DNA of 63,428 bases, the filler included. It is 6 parts of 6 records of this genome, joined end to end, with 100 filler letters (N's around TTAATTAATTAA, not from the genome) between each part and the next. Parts side by side here need not be neighbours in the genome. Positions count along the whole stretch, not along the records: positions 1 to 12,477 come from DRR723986_2354; 5 more parts are not named here. The stretch is one strand, 5' to 3'. A program made the position numbers and the translations under genes. Below, in pieces: positions 1-8,402 of the stretch. Under the pieces are notes generated by a model. The model was not told the origin of the DNA. It did no database searches and saw only the letters and a list, made by a program, of their open reading frames with translations. Numbering within the stretch: position 1 is the stretch's first letter; each line of letters opens with the position of its first letter.

Positions 1-162
1 CAGATTGACGATAGGGATCAGTATCAGTACACCCATCCACCCCGGATACCCCGTGCGCTGGCAAATACGCCAGGCCGGAATGACGACCACAATGGCAATC
101 ACCAGCATCCACAGCCAGTGGCCTGCCCACATGGTGTTCCCGAACATGTTATCTCCCATCAT
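1..162 (-). CDS. small membrane protein, 3' end truncated by window edge
   Basis: Read by hand: MMGDNMFGNTMWAGHWLWMLVIAIVVVIPAWRICQRTGYPGWMGVLILIPIVNL; GAGAGG RBS upstream; two hydrophobic segments; follows the APC permease on the same strand. Confidence 0.7.
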   Translation of the reverse strand, partial: MMGDNMFGNTMWAGHWLWMLVIAIVVVIPAWRICQRTGYPGWMGVLILIPIVNL

Positions 163-189
163 GGCAATAGCCTCTCTTCCTGATTCTGG

Positions 190-1545
190 TTAATGGTGAC
201 GATGCGCGTGACTCTCTTCCTGTTTCGCTTGCGCGGATTCCGGCGATCTTTTCAGGAAAATCTGCTCGGAGACTGCAAGCACAATCATGGTGACCACTGC
301 CACGCCGATGACGAACGGGTCCGTATTCAGTTTTACCCAGACAAAGCCGCCCAGAGCCAAAAGATCCAACAAGATGGCTGTAGTTGGCACCCAGGTGTTG
401 GCCTTAATGTCTTTGCGAAGATAGCGCAGTACACCCCAGTGAATGGCAATGTCCATAATCAGGTAAAACACGATACCCAGCGCGGCAATTCGTGACAGAT
501 CAAAGAAGGCGGTGAGGATCAGCCCCAGGACAACGGTATACACCAGTGTGTGTTTCTGGATGCTGCCGGGCATGCCAAAATGCCGATGTGGTACGAGCTT
601 CATCTCCGTCAGCATCGCCAGCATGCGGGATACCGCGAAGACGCTGGCGAGAATACCGCCCGCCGTGGCCATCATGGCAATAGCGACAGTAAACCAGACA
701 CCGTAATCGCCGAGAGCGGGACGCGCAGCAGCAGCGAGGGAGTAATCCTGCGTTTCGATAATTTCAGCCAGTGACAGGTTGCTGGCGACCGCGAAGCCCA
801 CCAGCGTGTAGATCACCACGCAGGCGGCAATGGAAATCACGATGGCGCGCCCGACGTTTCGCTTTGGGTCTATTACTTCCGAACCACTGTTGGTGATGGT
901 CGTAAAGCCTTTGAACGCCAGAATCCCCAGTGCGGTTGCGCCCAGGAAGTTGCCCAGCGCTCCGGCTTCACCGGGCTCCGAAAAATCAACCGCGACTGAG
1001 TCGGCAATCCAGATCCCGACCAGACCGAAAATCAGTATGCCGCCGATTTTCAGGATCCCGATAAAGGAAGCCACCCCTTGAATCATCCGATTGCCCAGCA
1101 GGTTGATCAGAAAGGCCGCAAGAATGAGCGCCACGCCGAGAATGGGCACCATGCGGCCACTGTCATCCCCGCCGAAAAGTTGCATGGTGTAAGAGCCAAA
1201 GGTCCGGGCCAGGAAGCTCTGAGCGATGACCATGGAAAAATACATCAACAGGGCGTTGAAAGCCGTTGGCAGCCGGTTTCCGTAGGCTTTATGCAAGTAC
1301 ATGCCAATGCCCCCGGCCGACGGGTAGGCGTTGGAAATCTTGATATAGGAATACGCGCTGAAGCCAACAATCAAGGCCGCCGCGAGAAAGGCCAGCGGGA
1401 AAAGGACACCGGTCATCTGGGCCATCTGCCCGGTAAGTGCAAAAATACCGGCGCCAATCATGACGCCGGTACCCAGCATCACCGTCCCTGACAGAGTGAG
1501 ACTACCTTCCTGGTAGCGAGTGCTTCGATCTTCCTCCCTGTTCAT
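190..1545 (-). CDS. APC-family amino acid permease
   Basis: 451 aa, about 12 TM segments, N-terminal GxMIGAGIF and GG-x-Y (PSAGGIGMY) APC motifs; His-rich tail SHAHRHH. Confidence 0.85.
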   Translation of the reverse strand: MNREEDRSTRYQEGSLTLSGTVMLGTGVMIGAGIFALTGQMAQMTGVLFPLAFLAAALIVGFSAYSYIKISNAYPSAGGIGMYLHKAYGNRLPTAFNALLMYFSMVIAQSFLARTFGSYTMQLFGGDDSGRMVPILGVALILAAFLINLLGNRMIQGVASFIGILKIGGILIFGLVGIWIADSVAVDFSEPGEAGALGNFLGATALGILAFKGFTTITNSGSEVIDPKRNVGRAIVISIAACVVIYTLVGFAVASNLSLAEIIETQDYSLAAAARPALGDYGVWFTVAIAMMATAGGILASVFAVSRMLAMLTEMKLVPHRHFGMPGSIQKHTLVYTVVLGLILTAFFDLSRIAALGIVFYLIMDIAIHWGVLRYLRKDIKANTWVPTTAILLDLLALGGFVWVKLNTDPFVIGVAVVTMIVLAVSEQIFLKRSPESAQAKQEESHAHRHH

Positions 1546-1556
1546 TCAACCTCCTG

Positions 1557-1910
1557 TTATTTTTTCATGGGTGGAATCTTGGAACAGCAGAACGGCTCAT
1601 GCTTGGCATTTGCCCGGACGTTGTCGTCGGTAAACCGGTACCAGGCCAGTTTGCGCCGGGTCCACCATCCGGTTTTCAATCGGCCACCGTAAGCCTTGAT
1701 CAGTTCCAGTAATTCATCGACGGACCAGTGGGTTCCATCGTACGTCACCTGCAATGTGCCATTTGGCTTACGCTCGGCGAAATCAACGCATGGGTGGTGA
1801 TTCAGATCGTGGATGAGCCCCTCCCACTGATCCTCTCCAAGCCCCTCGACGGTCATTTTTCGGCGCAACAAAAACTGCTCCTGGTTGGTTGCTTTGTGTG
1901 CTTTGGTCAT
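1557..1910 (-). CDS. small HMA-like/cation-transport-associated protein
   Basis: Start moved to ATG 1910 (GAGGTG RBS; the ORF-track start lies inside a regulatory box); ferredoxin-like pattern (LQVTYDG...ELLELIKAYG); C-terminal CCSKIPP. Confidence 0.6.
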   Translation of the reverse strand: MTKAHKATNQEQFLLRRKMTVEGLGEDQWEGLIHDLNHHPCVDFAERKPNGTLQVTYDGTHWSVDELLELIKAYGGRLKTGWWTRRKLAWYRFTDDNVRANAKHEPFCCSKIPPMKK

Positions 1911-1959
1911 GGGGTGACACCTCTCTTCCTGATGACTTCTCCCTGTATCAAAACACTTC

Positions 1960-1980
1960 AACCTGAACTGCGACTGAAAA
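1960..1980 (-). promoter_or_regulatory. TTCAG-N6-TTCAGGTT direct-repeat box (putative response-regulator site), copy 1
   Basis: + strand AACCTGAACTGCGACTGAAAA; same pattern at 5231-5251 and, inverted, at 5269-5287. Confidence 0.65.
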
Positions 1981-2002
1981 TGGACACAGACTTTCGGTGG
2001 AT

Positions 2003-2016
2003 TTGAGTTACATCAA
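2003..2016. promoter_or_regulatory. FNR/ANR-like box
   Basis: TTGAG-TTAC-ATCAA, one mismatch to TTGAT-N4-ATCAA, inside the palindrome GATTTGA-N6-TCAAATC. Confidence 0.45.
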
Positions 2017-2026
2017 ATCATAGACG

Positions 2027-2054
2027 AAAAGGGCCGTGGGTTTCCCCATGGCCT
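2027..2054 (-). terminator. intrinsic terminator after copB
   Basis: GGCCATGGG/CCCACGGCC stem followed by CTTTT on the minus strand, just after the copB stop. Confidence 0.6.
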
Positions 2055-2061
2055 ATCAGCA

Positions 2062-2811
2062 TCAGAATGCGATTCGAGCGCCGATCACGGCAAACCAGTC
2101 TTCTGTGCCACCGCCGTCCGCCTCGGCCAGGTCGGCGCTATCGCCATACTTACGCTCGTGCACCACACCCACGTAGGGTGAGAACGCACGGTCGATCAGG
2201 TCGTAGCTGAGCCGGAGGCCGGTTTCGGTGGAAACCAATCCCTTGCCGACGCCGATCTCTTCATCCTCACTGAACGCTACTGAGGCATCCAGCGTTGCCG
2301 CCAGAATCCAGTAGTTGGTGAACAGCAATTCGTACTCAGCGTCCAGTTCAGCTGACGTATCGCCATCCTTGCTGACATACAGATTTGCATCGATCTCAAA
2401 CCATTGGGGCGCCAGCCCGGCCACACCGAGAACCGCATACGTACGGTCCGGCCCCTCGGGCGTATCGAAACGCACGCCCGCTTTGGCGTCGAAGAACTTG
2501 GAGATAGGGATCTGGCCGACCAGCTGGTTTTCCAGCGTTTCGTAGGCCTGCTCCTCTATCTCGTACTCCCCGGTTGTGAGCAGCCGGACTTTAAAGTCGT
2601 CGGTGCCATAGAAGGCATCCGCATTCCAGACGCCCAGCTCCTCGTCATCGTCGCTGTAGCGGTACTCAAATTCCTCGAATTGAACGCCCCAGGTTGTGAG
2701 CGGCTGTTTTCGAGCGGTCGTGTCGGAGATCATTTCCTGAGCTGTCACCGCCGTTGAGACACCAATAGAGGCAAGGAAGCTGACTGCGACAATTGATCGA
2801 ATACAGCTCAT
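2062..2811 (-). CDS. copB: copper resistance outer-membrane protein B
   Basis: Signal peptide, GLAPQWFEID, GLRLSY...FSPYVGV motifs, terminal F; overlaps the copA stop. Confidence 0.88.
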   Translation of the reverse strand: MSCIRSIVAVSFLASIGVSTAVTAQEMISDTTARKQPLTTWGVQFEEFEYRYSDDDEELGVWNADAFYGTDDFKVRLLTTGEYEIEEQAYETLENQLVGQIPISKFFDAKAGVRFDTPEGPDRTYAVLGVAGLAPQWFEIDANLYVSKDGDTSAELDAEYELLFTNYWILAATLDASVAFSEDEEIGVGKGLVSTETGLRLSYDLIDRAFSPYVGVVHERKYGDSADLAEADGGGTEDWFAVIGARIAF

Positions 2812-4517
2812 ACCTCACCTCCATCTTTGGCAATCACGTCTGTTTTGGCCTGCGTCGACTCTGGCCCACCTTCAACAATGACCTTGCGGAACATACCAGC
2901 GGCCGCGTGATAGGACAGGTGACAGTGGAACGCCCACTGACCGGGCGCGTCGACCTCGGTTTCCATGTAAACCGTGGTGCCTGGCTGCACACTGACCGTG
3001 TGCTTGATCGGGTTCCATTGGTCTGCACCAACATCGAGAATGGACCACATACCGTGCAGGTGCATAGGGTGAGTCATCATGGTCTCGTTCACGAATTTGA
3101 AGCGAACTCGCTCACCGTATTTGAGACGAATTGGGTCTGCGTCTTCGTACTTGACGCCATTAATGCTCCAGGTATAGCGCTCCATATTGCCGGTCAAACG
3201 AAGCTCAATTTCCCGGGTCGGTTCGCGGTCTTCATACAGTGGATCTTGGGCCTTCAGGTCAGCATAGGACAGGAACTTGCCGCCATTGGCTGCCGTGGGT
3301 ACAAGGCCACTTCCCTTGGCGTAAAAGGGGTCGCTTTGGCCGCCTTTTCCCATCGCCATGGAACCATGATCCATGCCTTCCATGTTGGAATGATCCATTC
3401 CGGACATCCCTTCTGAGCTATTCATATCCATGTCGCCATGATCCATACCGGCCATGTTGCCATGGTCCATGCCGGGCATACCGCTCATGTCTGCCATAGT
3501 CAGGCGCGCCGGATCACGCAGTTGCGGAACAGCCGCTTCCATACCTTCTTCGGGGGCCAACGTTGCCCTGGCATAGCCGGACCGCCCCATGGATTCAGCA
3601 AAAATGGTGTAGGCCTGCTTCTCTCTCGGGCGAACGATCACATCGAAGGTTTCCGCCACACCAATCCGGAATTCGTCCACATTGACCGGCTGAACGTTGT
3701 TGCCATCAGCCTGGACAACCGTCATGTCCAGACCAGGAATCCGGATGTCGAAGTAGGTCATCGCAGAAGAGTTGATGAATCGCAGCCGAATGCGTTCGCC
3801 CGGCTCAAAGAGTCCCGTCCAGTTCTGGTCCGGGCCTTTGCCGTTGATCAGGCCCGTAAAGCCCTGCACGTCTTCAACGTCCGCCTTCATCATCCGCATA
3901 CCACCCCAGGCAATACGGTCACTGACGGTGTTCATCAGGCCATTCTTTGACACGTCCGAGAAAAACTCGCCGACAGTTTGCTGCTCGCGGTTGTAGTAAT
4001 CCGGCATCATTTTCAGGTTGCGCATGATGCGGTCACCGGAATGGGGGTGCTTGTCAGTCAGCTGCACCACGTATTCACGATCGTAGCGGAATGGCTCACG
4101 GCCCTTGGGCTCGATGACAATGGCACCATAGGCGCCGTCCGGCTCCTGAAAACCAGAGTGGCTGTGGAACCAGTAGGTGCCTGCCTGCTGGATAGGAAAC
4201 TCATAGGTAAAGGTTTCACCCGGCTTGATGCCCGGGAAACTGATACCAGGCACACCGTCCTGGTTAAAAGGAAGGATCAGGCCGTGCCAGTGAATGGACG
4301 TCATCTCATCCAGGTTGTTGGTCACGTTGATCCGGACGTTCTCGCCTTCCTTGAAACGCATTACCGGTCCCGGAGATGCGCCGTTGTATCCAATGCCTTC
4401 CTTCACAAAATCGCCGGTATCAATTTTTACCCGGTCGACCGTAAGGTCGTATTCGCCGGCCAGAACCATGGCTGGCATCAGCAGGCTCAAAAGCCCTGTC
4501 AAAAAGCGTGGTTTCAT
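2808..4517 (-). CDS. copA: CopA-family multicopper oxidase
   Basis: HWHG, YWFHSH, HPMHLHG and HCHLSYHAAAGM copper motifs; Met/His-rich GMDH repeats. Confidence 0.93.
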   Translation of the reverse strand: MKPRFLTGLLSLLMPAMVLAGEYDLTVDRVKIDTGDFVKEGIGYNGASPGPVMRFKEGENVRINVTNNLDEMTSIHWHGLILPFNQDGVPGISFPGIKPGETFTYEFPIQQAGTYWFHSHSGFQEPDGAYGAIVIEPKGREPFRYDREYVVQLTDKHPHSGDRIMRNLKMMPDYYNREQQTVGEFFSDVSKNGLMNTVSDRIAWGGMRMMKADVEDVQGFTGLINGKGPDQNWTGLFEPGERIRLRFINSSAMTYFDIRIPGLDMTVVQADGNNVQPVNVDEFRIGVAETFDVIVRPREKQAYTIFAESMGRSGYARATLAPEEGMEAAVPQLRDPARLTMADMSGMPGMDHGNMAGMDHGDMDMNSSEGMSGMDHSNMEGMDHGSMAMGKGGQSDPFYAKGSGLVPTAANGGKFLSYADLKAQDPLYEDREPTREIELRLTGNMERYTWSINGVKYEDADPIRLKYGERVRFKFVNETMMTHPMHLHGMWSILDVGADQWNPIKHTVSVQPGTTVYMETEVDAPGQWAFHCHLSYHAAAGMFRKVIVEGGPESTQAKTDVIAKDGGEV

Positions 4518-4601
4518 CTGTGTTGCTCCGAACTACACGTCATTGAAGCCGGGCCGAGAAACGTGTCTCAGCCCCGCGCTCGCGGACCTCAGTTAAGCGA
4601 G

Positions 4602-5135
4602 TTACTCGAAATTGACCTCACCGTACATCCCGGCCTGATAGTGGCCCGGCACGTTGCAGGCAAATTCGATATTGCCTTTATCAGAGAACTTCCATACCAC
4701 TTCTTTACTTTGGCCCGGTTCCAGCAACACGCTGTTCGGGTCGTCATGCTTCATGGAATGGCCATTCCCCATATCCATATTCATCATGTCGTGGTTCAGC
4801 TTGCCGCCCTGGATGACGCCATGCTCAACCATCATCATCATTTCCTCTTGATGAGCTTCGTGCATGTCGGGAGTGCCAACACTGAACTCATGGACGAGGT
4901 TTCCCTTGTTCTCCACCACGAAGCGAACGGTTTCACCCGGCTTTACACTGATTTCTTCGGGTTCGTAGTAGTTGTCGTACATCTCGACAGTTACGGTTCG
5001 GCTGGCCTCCGACGCTTTGCCAGGTTCACCGCTTGTAGCGCCGTGCCCGTGGCCACCATCATGGGCGCCAGCCGCAAACGCTGTTGCCGACATTGAAAGC
5101 GCCATACCCGCTACGAATAGTTTTGATGCATTCAT
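4602..5135 (-). CDS. periplasmic cupredoxin (CopI-like copper-binding protein)
   Basis: Start ATG 5135 after GAGGA; signal peptide, His-rich N-terminus, HEF, Met-rich loop, FACNVPGHYQAGM type-1 Cu motif. Confidence 0.85.
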   Translation of the reverse strand: MNASKLFVAGMALSMSATAFAAGAHDGGHGHGATSGEPGKASEASRTVTVEMYDNYYEPEEISVKPGETVRFVVENKGNLVHEFSVGTPDMHEAHQEEMMMMVEHGVIQGGKLNHDMMNMDMGNGHSMKHDDPNSVLLEPGQSKEVVWKFSDKGNIEFACNVPGHYQAGMYGEVNFE

Positions 5136-5230
5136 CTTTTTATCCTCTGTAAAATATTGCTCGAAAAACACTGCCGGATTGAGCCCCAATCTTGAGCAAT
5201 GTCCAGAATCGGTTGTTACCTTCTCTCACT

Positions 5231-5287
5231 AACCTGAATTCTTTCTGAAAAACTCGAACTATTTTCCGTTCAGGCTGAATTCAGGTT
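5231..5287. promoter_or_regulatory. two divergent TTCAG-N6-TTCAGGTT boxes
   Basis: AACCTGAATTCTTTCTGAAAA (5231-5251, facing the cupredoxin) and TTCAGGCTGAATTCAGGTT (5269-5287, facing the response regulator). Confidence 0.65.
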
Positions 5288-5334
5288 AATCAGTCACACT
5301 TTCGACCGCGGACCATACATAGAAGGAAAAACTC

Positions 5335-6000
5335 ATGCGTTTACTGCTCGTCGAAGATGACCGCTTGCTTGCTGAGGGTCTGGTCAGGCAGTTGGGAAAA
5401 GCAGGTTTCAGCGTTGATACAACTCCCAGTGCCCGAGAAGCCGTCGTTCTGGGTGAGCAAGAGGATTACCGTGCTGTTGTTCTGGACCTGGGTCTACCTG
5501 ATGGCAACGGGCTGGACGTATTGAGAAAGTGGCGAACGAATCACGTCAGCTGTCCGGTCTTGATTCTGACCGCGAGAGGCGATTGGCAGGATAAGGTTAA
5601 CGGCTTAAAAGCCGGGGCAGACGATTACCTGGCAAAACCTTTTCAGACAGAAGAGCTAATCGCACGCCTCAACGCACTCGTGCGTCGAAGTGAAGGAAGG
5701 GTCCATGCTCAGGTTAAAGCCGGCCGCTTTGAACTGGACGAAAACCGCCAGAGTCTCAAGATGGACGACGGCGTGGAACATACACTTACCGGCACCGAAT
5801 TCCGGCTGCTACGTTGTTTGATGAGCCGCCCTGGCCACGTCTTTTCCAAAGAACAACTAATGGAACAGCTTTACAACTTGAATGATAGCCCGAGCGAAAA
5901 CGTCATTGAGGCGTATATTCGGAGGTTAAGGAAGCTAGTGGGCAGCGAAACCATCTCAACACGACGCGGCCAGGGGTACATTTTTAATGCGATTCCTTAA
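5335..6000 (+). CDS. OmpR/PhoB-family response regulator
   Basis: LLVEDD, DLGLPD, GADDYLAKPF receiver motifs; winged-helix end TRRGQGY. Confidence 0.95.
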   Translation: MRLLLVEDDRLLAEGLVRQLGKAGFSVDTTPSAREAVVLGEQEDYRAVVLDLGLPDGNGLDVLRKWRTNHVSCPVLILTARGDWQDKVNGLKAGADDYLAKPFQTEELIARLNALVRRSEGRVHAQVKAGRFELDENRQSLKMDDGVEHTLTGTEFRLLRCLMSRPGHVFSKEQLMEQLYNLNDSPSENVIEAYIRRLRKLVGSETISTRRGQGYIFNAIP

Positions 6001-7321
6001 AAAGCCTGCGTCCGTAAAAGGAACCTTGCTTACGCTGTTACTGCCCGCCGGAATTGGTCTAATGGGGGTGGCGTGGTTGGTCCATGGCTTGCTGCTCGAC
6101 CGAATGTCTCGGGAATTCGTTGAAAGCCGACTGAAAGATGAAGTCGTTTTCCTTGAGCACCAGATTCGCGACGCGAATGGTGAAGTTGACACTCTCCAGA
6201 CGGGCGATTATTTCCAGGATGTTTTTCATCATGCCTTTGCCATACATACACCCGAACAGACCATCATTTCACCCGATACTTGGGAGCCCTTGTTAACGCC
6301 TCTGATTGAAAACGAAGAAGACGGAACCGTTCGCGTAGAAGATGCCGAAACCACTGATACTCCCTTAGACATCCTCGCCTACCGAAAGTCTTTTCAGGTC
6401 GGTGAAACACCCATCGTCGTAATCGTTTCTGAAGATCTGGGTGCGCTGAAACGCAGCCAAGCTGCACTTCATACCTGGACCGCCGTAGTATCAGTTCTGT
6501 TGATTATGCTCTTGGTCGCCGTGCTCTGGTTCGGAATCACGATGTCCATGCGACCGGTTGTCACACTCAAAGCCGCATTAAAAAGACTCCAGGACGGAGA
6601 GATCTCCCGAATCAACGTTCAGTCGCCAGAGGAGTTCCACCCGCTGGTTCTTCAACTAAATCAGTTGCTGGACTCCTTAGATCAGCGACTGGAGCGCTCC
6701 AGGGACGCTCTCGCAAACCTGTCTCATAGCGTCAAAACCCCCATCGCAGCCGTCCGGCAGATACTGGAAGACGACACACGTCCTCTCGACACCAATCTAA
6801 GGCGCCAGATGGTGGAGCGACTAAGCGATATCGACAGGCAATTAGAAGCTGAAATGCGTCGAAGCCGTTTTGCAGGGCCCCAGATTGGAAAAAGCGCCTA
6901 CCCCATAAAACAGGCACGGGATCTTTTGTGGATGCTCGGTCGTTTATATCCGGAAAAGTCGTTTGAACTATCGAGTTCTCTGCCTGAAGACAGCCGATGG
7001 CCGATAGAAGAACATGATCTAAATGAAGTATTGGGCAACTTACTCGACAATGCTGGCAAATGGTCTTCGAGATGCGTAGAGCTCTCTGTGGAACAAGGCA
7101 GCGGCTTCAAGCGAATAGTTGTTGCTGATGATGGCCCAGGGGTTAATCACAAGGATTTAGCCAGTTTGGGCCAAAGGGGTCTGCGGCTAGATGAGCAAAC
7201 ACCTGGGCACGGTCTCGGCCTTGCTATCGTTCGAGATATAGTGACTCGCTATGAAGGTAAAATCAGCTTTTCGACTAAGTCCTGTAGCGGTTTACGCGTT
7301 TCTATCGAATTATTAAGATAA
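5987..7321 (+). CDS. sensor histidine kinase (PhoQ/QseC-like H box)
   Basis: Two TM segments, HAMP, LSHSVKTP H box, NLLDNAGKW, DDGPG, GHGLGLAIV. Confidence 0.93.
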   Translation: MRFLKKPASVKGTLLTLLLPAGIGLMGVAWLVHGLLLDRMSREFVESRLKDEVVFLEHQIRDANGEVDTLQTGDYFQDVFHHAFAIHTPEQTIISPDTWEPLLTPLIENEEDGTVRVEDAETTDTPLDILAYRKSFQVGETPIVVIVSEDLGALKRSQAALHTWTAVVSVLLIMLLVAVLWFGITMSMRPVVTLKAALKRLQDGEISRINVQSPEEFHPLVLQLNQLLDSLDQRLERSRDALANLSHSVKTPIAAVRQILEDDTRPLDTNLRRQMVERLSDIDRQLEAEMRRSRFAGPQIGKSAYPIKQARDLLWMLGRLYPEKSFELSSSLPEDSRWPIEEHDLNEVLGNLLDNAGKWSSRCVELSVEQGSGFKRIVVADDGPGVNHKDLASLGQRGLRLDEQTPGHGLGLAIVRDIVTRYEGKISFSTKSCSGLRVSIELLR

Positions 7322-7431
7322 AATCGAATGTTCGCTTTTGTTTAGATTGCGCCCCTGCTAAAAGGGTTTGTGGCTTGCCCACAATCTTTCCGTTCCAATG
7401 AGACTATTCCGAACTCCGAGCCGGACGCCAA

Positions 7432-7564
7432 ATTTAGCACTTTGCATGGAAACTGGAATGAGCGTCCTATTCTTGAATCTGCTTTAAGTCTGTTTAGCAC
7501 TTTGTGTGGATTTTGGAGGGTAAGTAACTGAATTACGGTGGCGGAAGTTTAGTTCTTTGTGTGG
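7432..7564. repeat. three spaced 18-bp direct repeats
   Basis: ATTTAGCACTTTGCATGG (7432), GTTTAGCACTTTGTGTGG (7492), GTTTAGTTCTTTGTGTGG (7547). Confidence 0.75.
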
Positions 7565-7634
7565 TCGTCCAATGATCACCCATTGTGGCGGAATATGATC
7601 CAGGAACAACGCGAGGCAAATATTTTCAGCTGGA

Positions 7635-8252
7635 TCACCTCTGAAGCGATCGCCATGCGGATTCCGCGAATTCTTCCCGATAATCCCGAGGCGAAGTCTG
7701 TACCCGGCCAGCCAGCCAGGCTTTGCAGTAATTTTCCGACGGGCCGACGATCAGAGAGATTACGATCTCGAACGGCTGAACAATGCTGTTACTTTCGTTA
7801 CCGAAGCCAAGCAACTTTGCTTTGAGTTCCCGGAAGCCTTTCGCATTCCTATCTTTCAGCTCCTCCTGAAATGGCCCTTTGGCGACTGCTGATCGCGCCT
7901 GATACAGGAACCTTGCCCATTCGGGGTTGGCGACAACCCAGTCGAGATAACTACAGATAACTGAATACACAGCCTCGCGAAGGCTGTTGGTGTTGGCTAA
8001 CTCCTGGTCCAGATGTTGTCGCTGATCATCCTGAGCTGCAAAAAAGAGTGCGCTTAAAATACCCTCCTTGTTGCCAAAGTGGTGATAAATCGCCCCTACA
8101 CTCGTTTCGCAGCGGGCTTTGATGGCATCGATCGTGGTGGCCTCCACCCCAAGCTCAATAAAACAATAGAGCGCCTGTTCCAGGATGTCCCTTTTCAGCG
8201 CAGCCCTGCGGCCCGGAAACCTGTTTTCTAAAATATGGAATTGGTTCATCAA
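7635..8252 (-). CDS. TetR/AcrR-family regulator
   Basis: HTH: GVEATTIDAIKARCETSVGAIYHHFGNKEG. Confidence 0.92.
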   Translation of the reverse strand: MMNQFHILENRFPGRRAALKRDILEQALYCFIELGVEATTIDAIKARCETSVGAIYHHFGNKEGILSALFFAAQDDQRQHLDQELANTNSLREAVYSVICSYLDWVVANPEWARFLYQARSAVAKGPFQEELKDRNAKGFRELKAKLLGFGNESNSIVQPFEIVISLIVGPSENYCKAWLAGRVQTSPRDYREEFAESAWRSLQR

Positions 8253-8298
8253 ATCGATATTAGCCTGTTTGAACTAGCCGTGACCTTCATTCTACCGT

Positions 8299-8349
8299 TT
8301 GACAGCTTCGGCAAAAACAGAATAATCTTCTTTTACCGAATATTGTTCT
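8299..8349 (+). promoter_or_regulatory. sigma70-like promoter with tandem putative TetR operators
   Basis: TTGACA (8299) then AATAAT (8321); quasi-palindromes AGAATAATCTTCT (8319-8331) and CGAATATTGTTCT (8337-8349). Confidence 0.55.
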
Positions 8350-8402
8350 TTTATTTCACTGCTGCCGAATTTTTTGGCAACAGCGGCTTACTAATTGGGT
8401 AA

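Noticed and set aside
172..1931. CTCTCTTCCTG occurring three times (172, 212, 1921)
   Set aside because: Two copies are purine-rich RBS regions on the minus strand and one is coding; most simply chance or RBS similarity.
3355..3500. Repeated ATGGATCAT/ATGGACCAT-type units in copA
   Set aside because: They encode the known Met/His-rich GMDH linker of CopA oxidases; not an array.
7432..7564. Mini-CRISPR reading of the triple repeat
   Set aside because: Repeats are only 18 bp, degenerate and non-palindromic, with no cas genes or leader.
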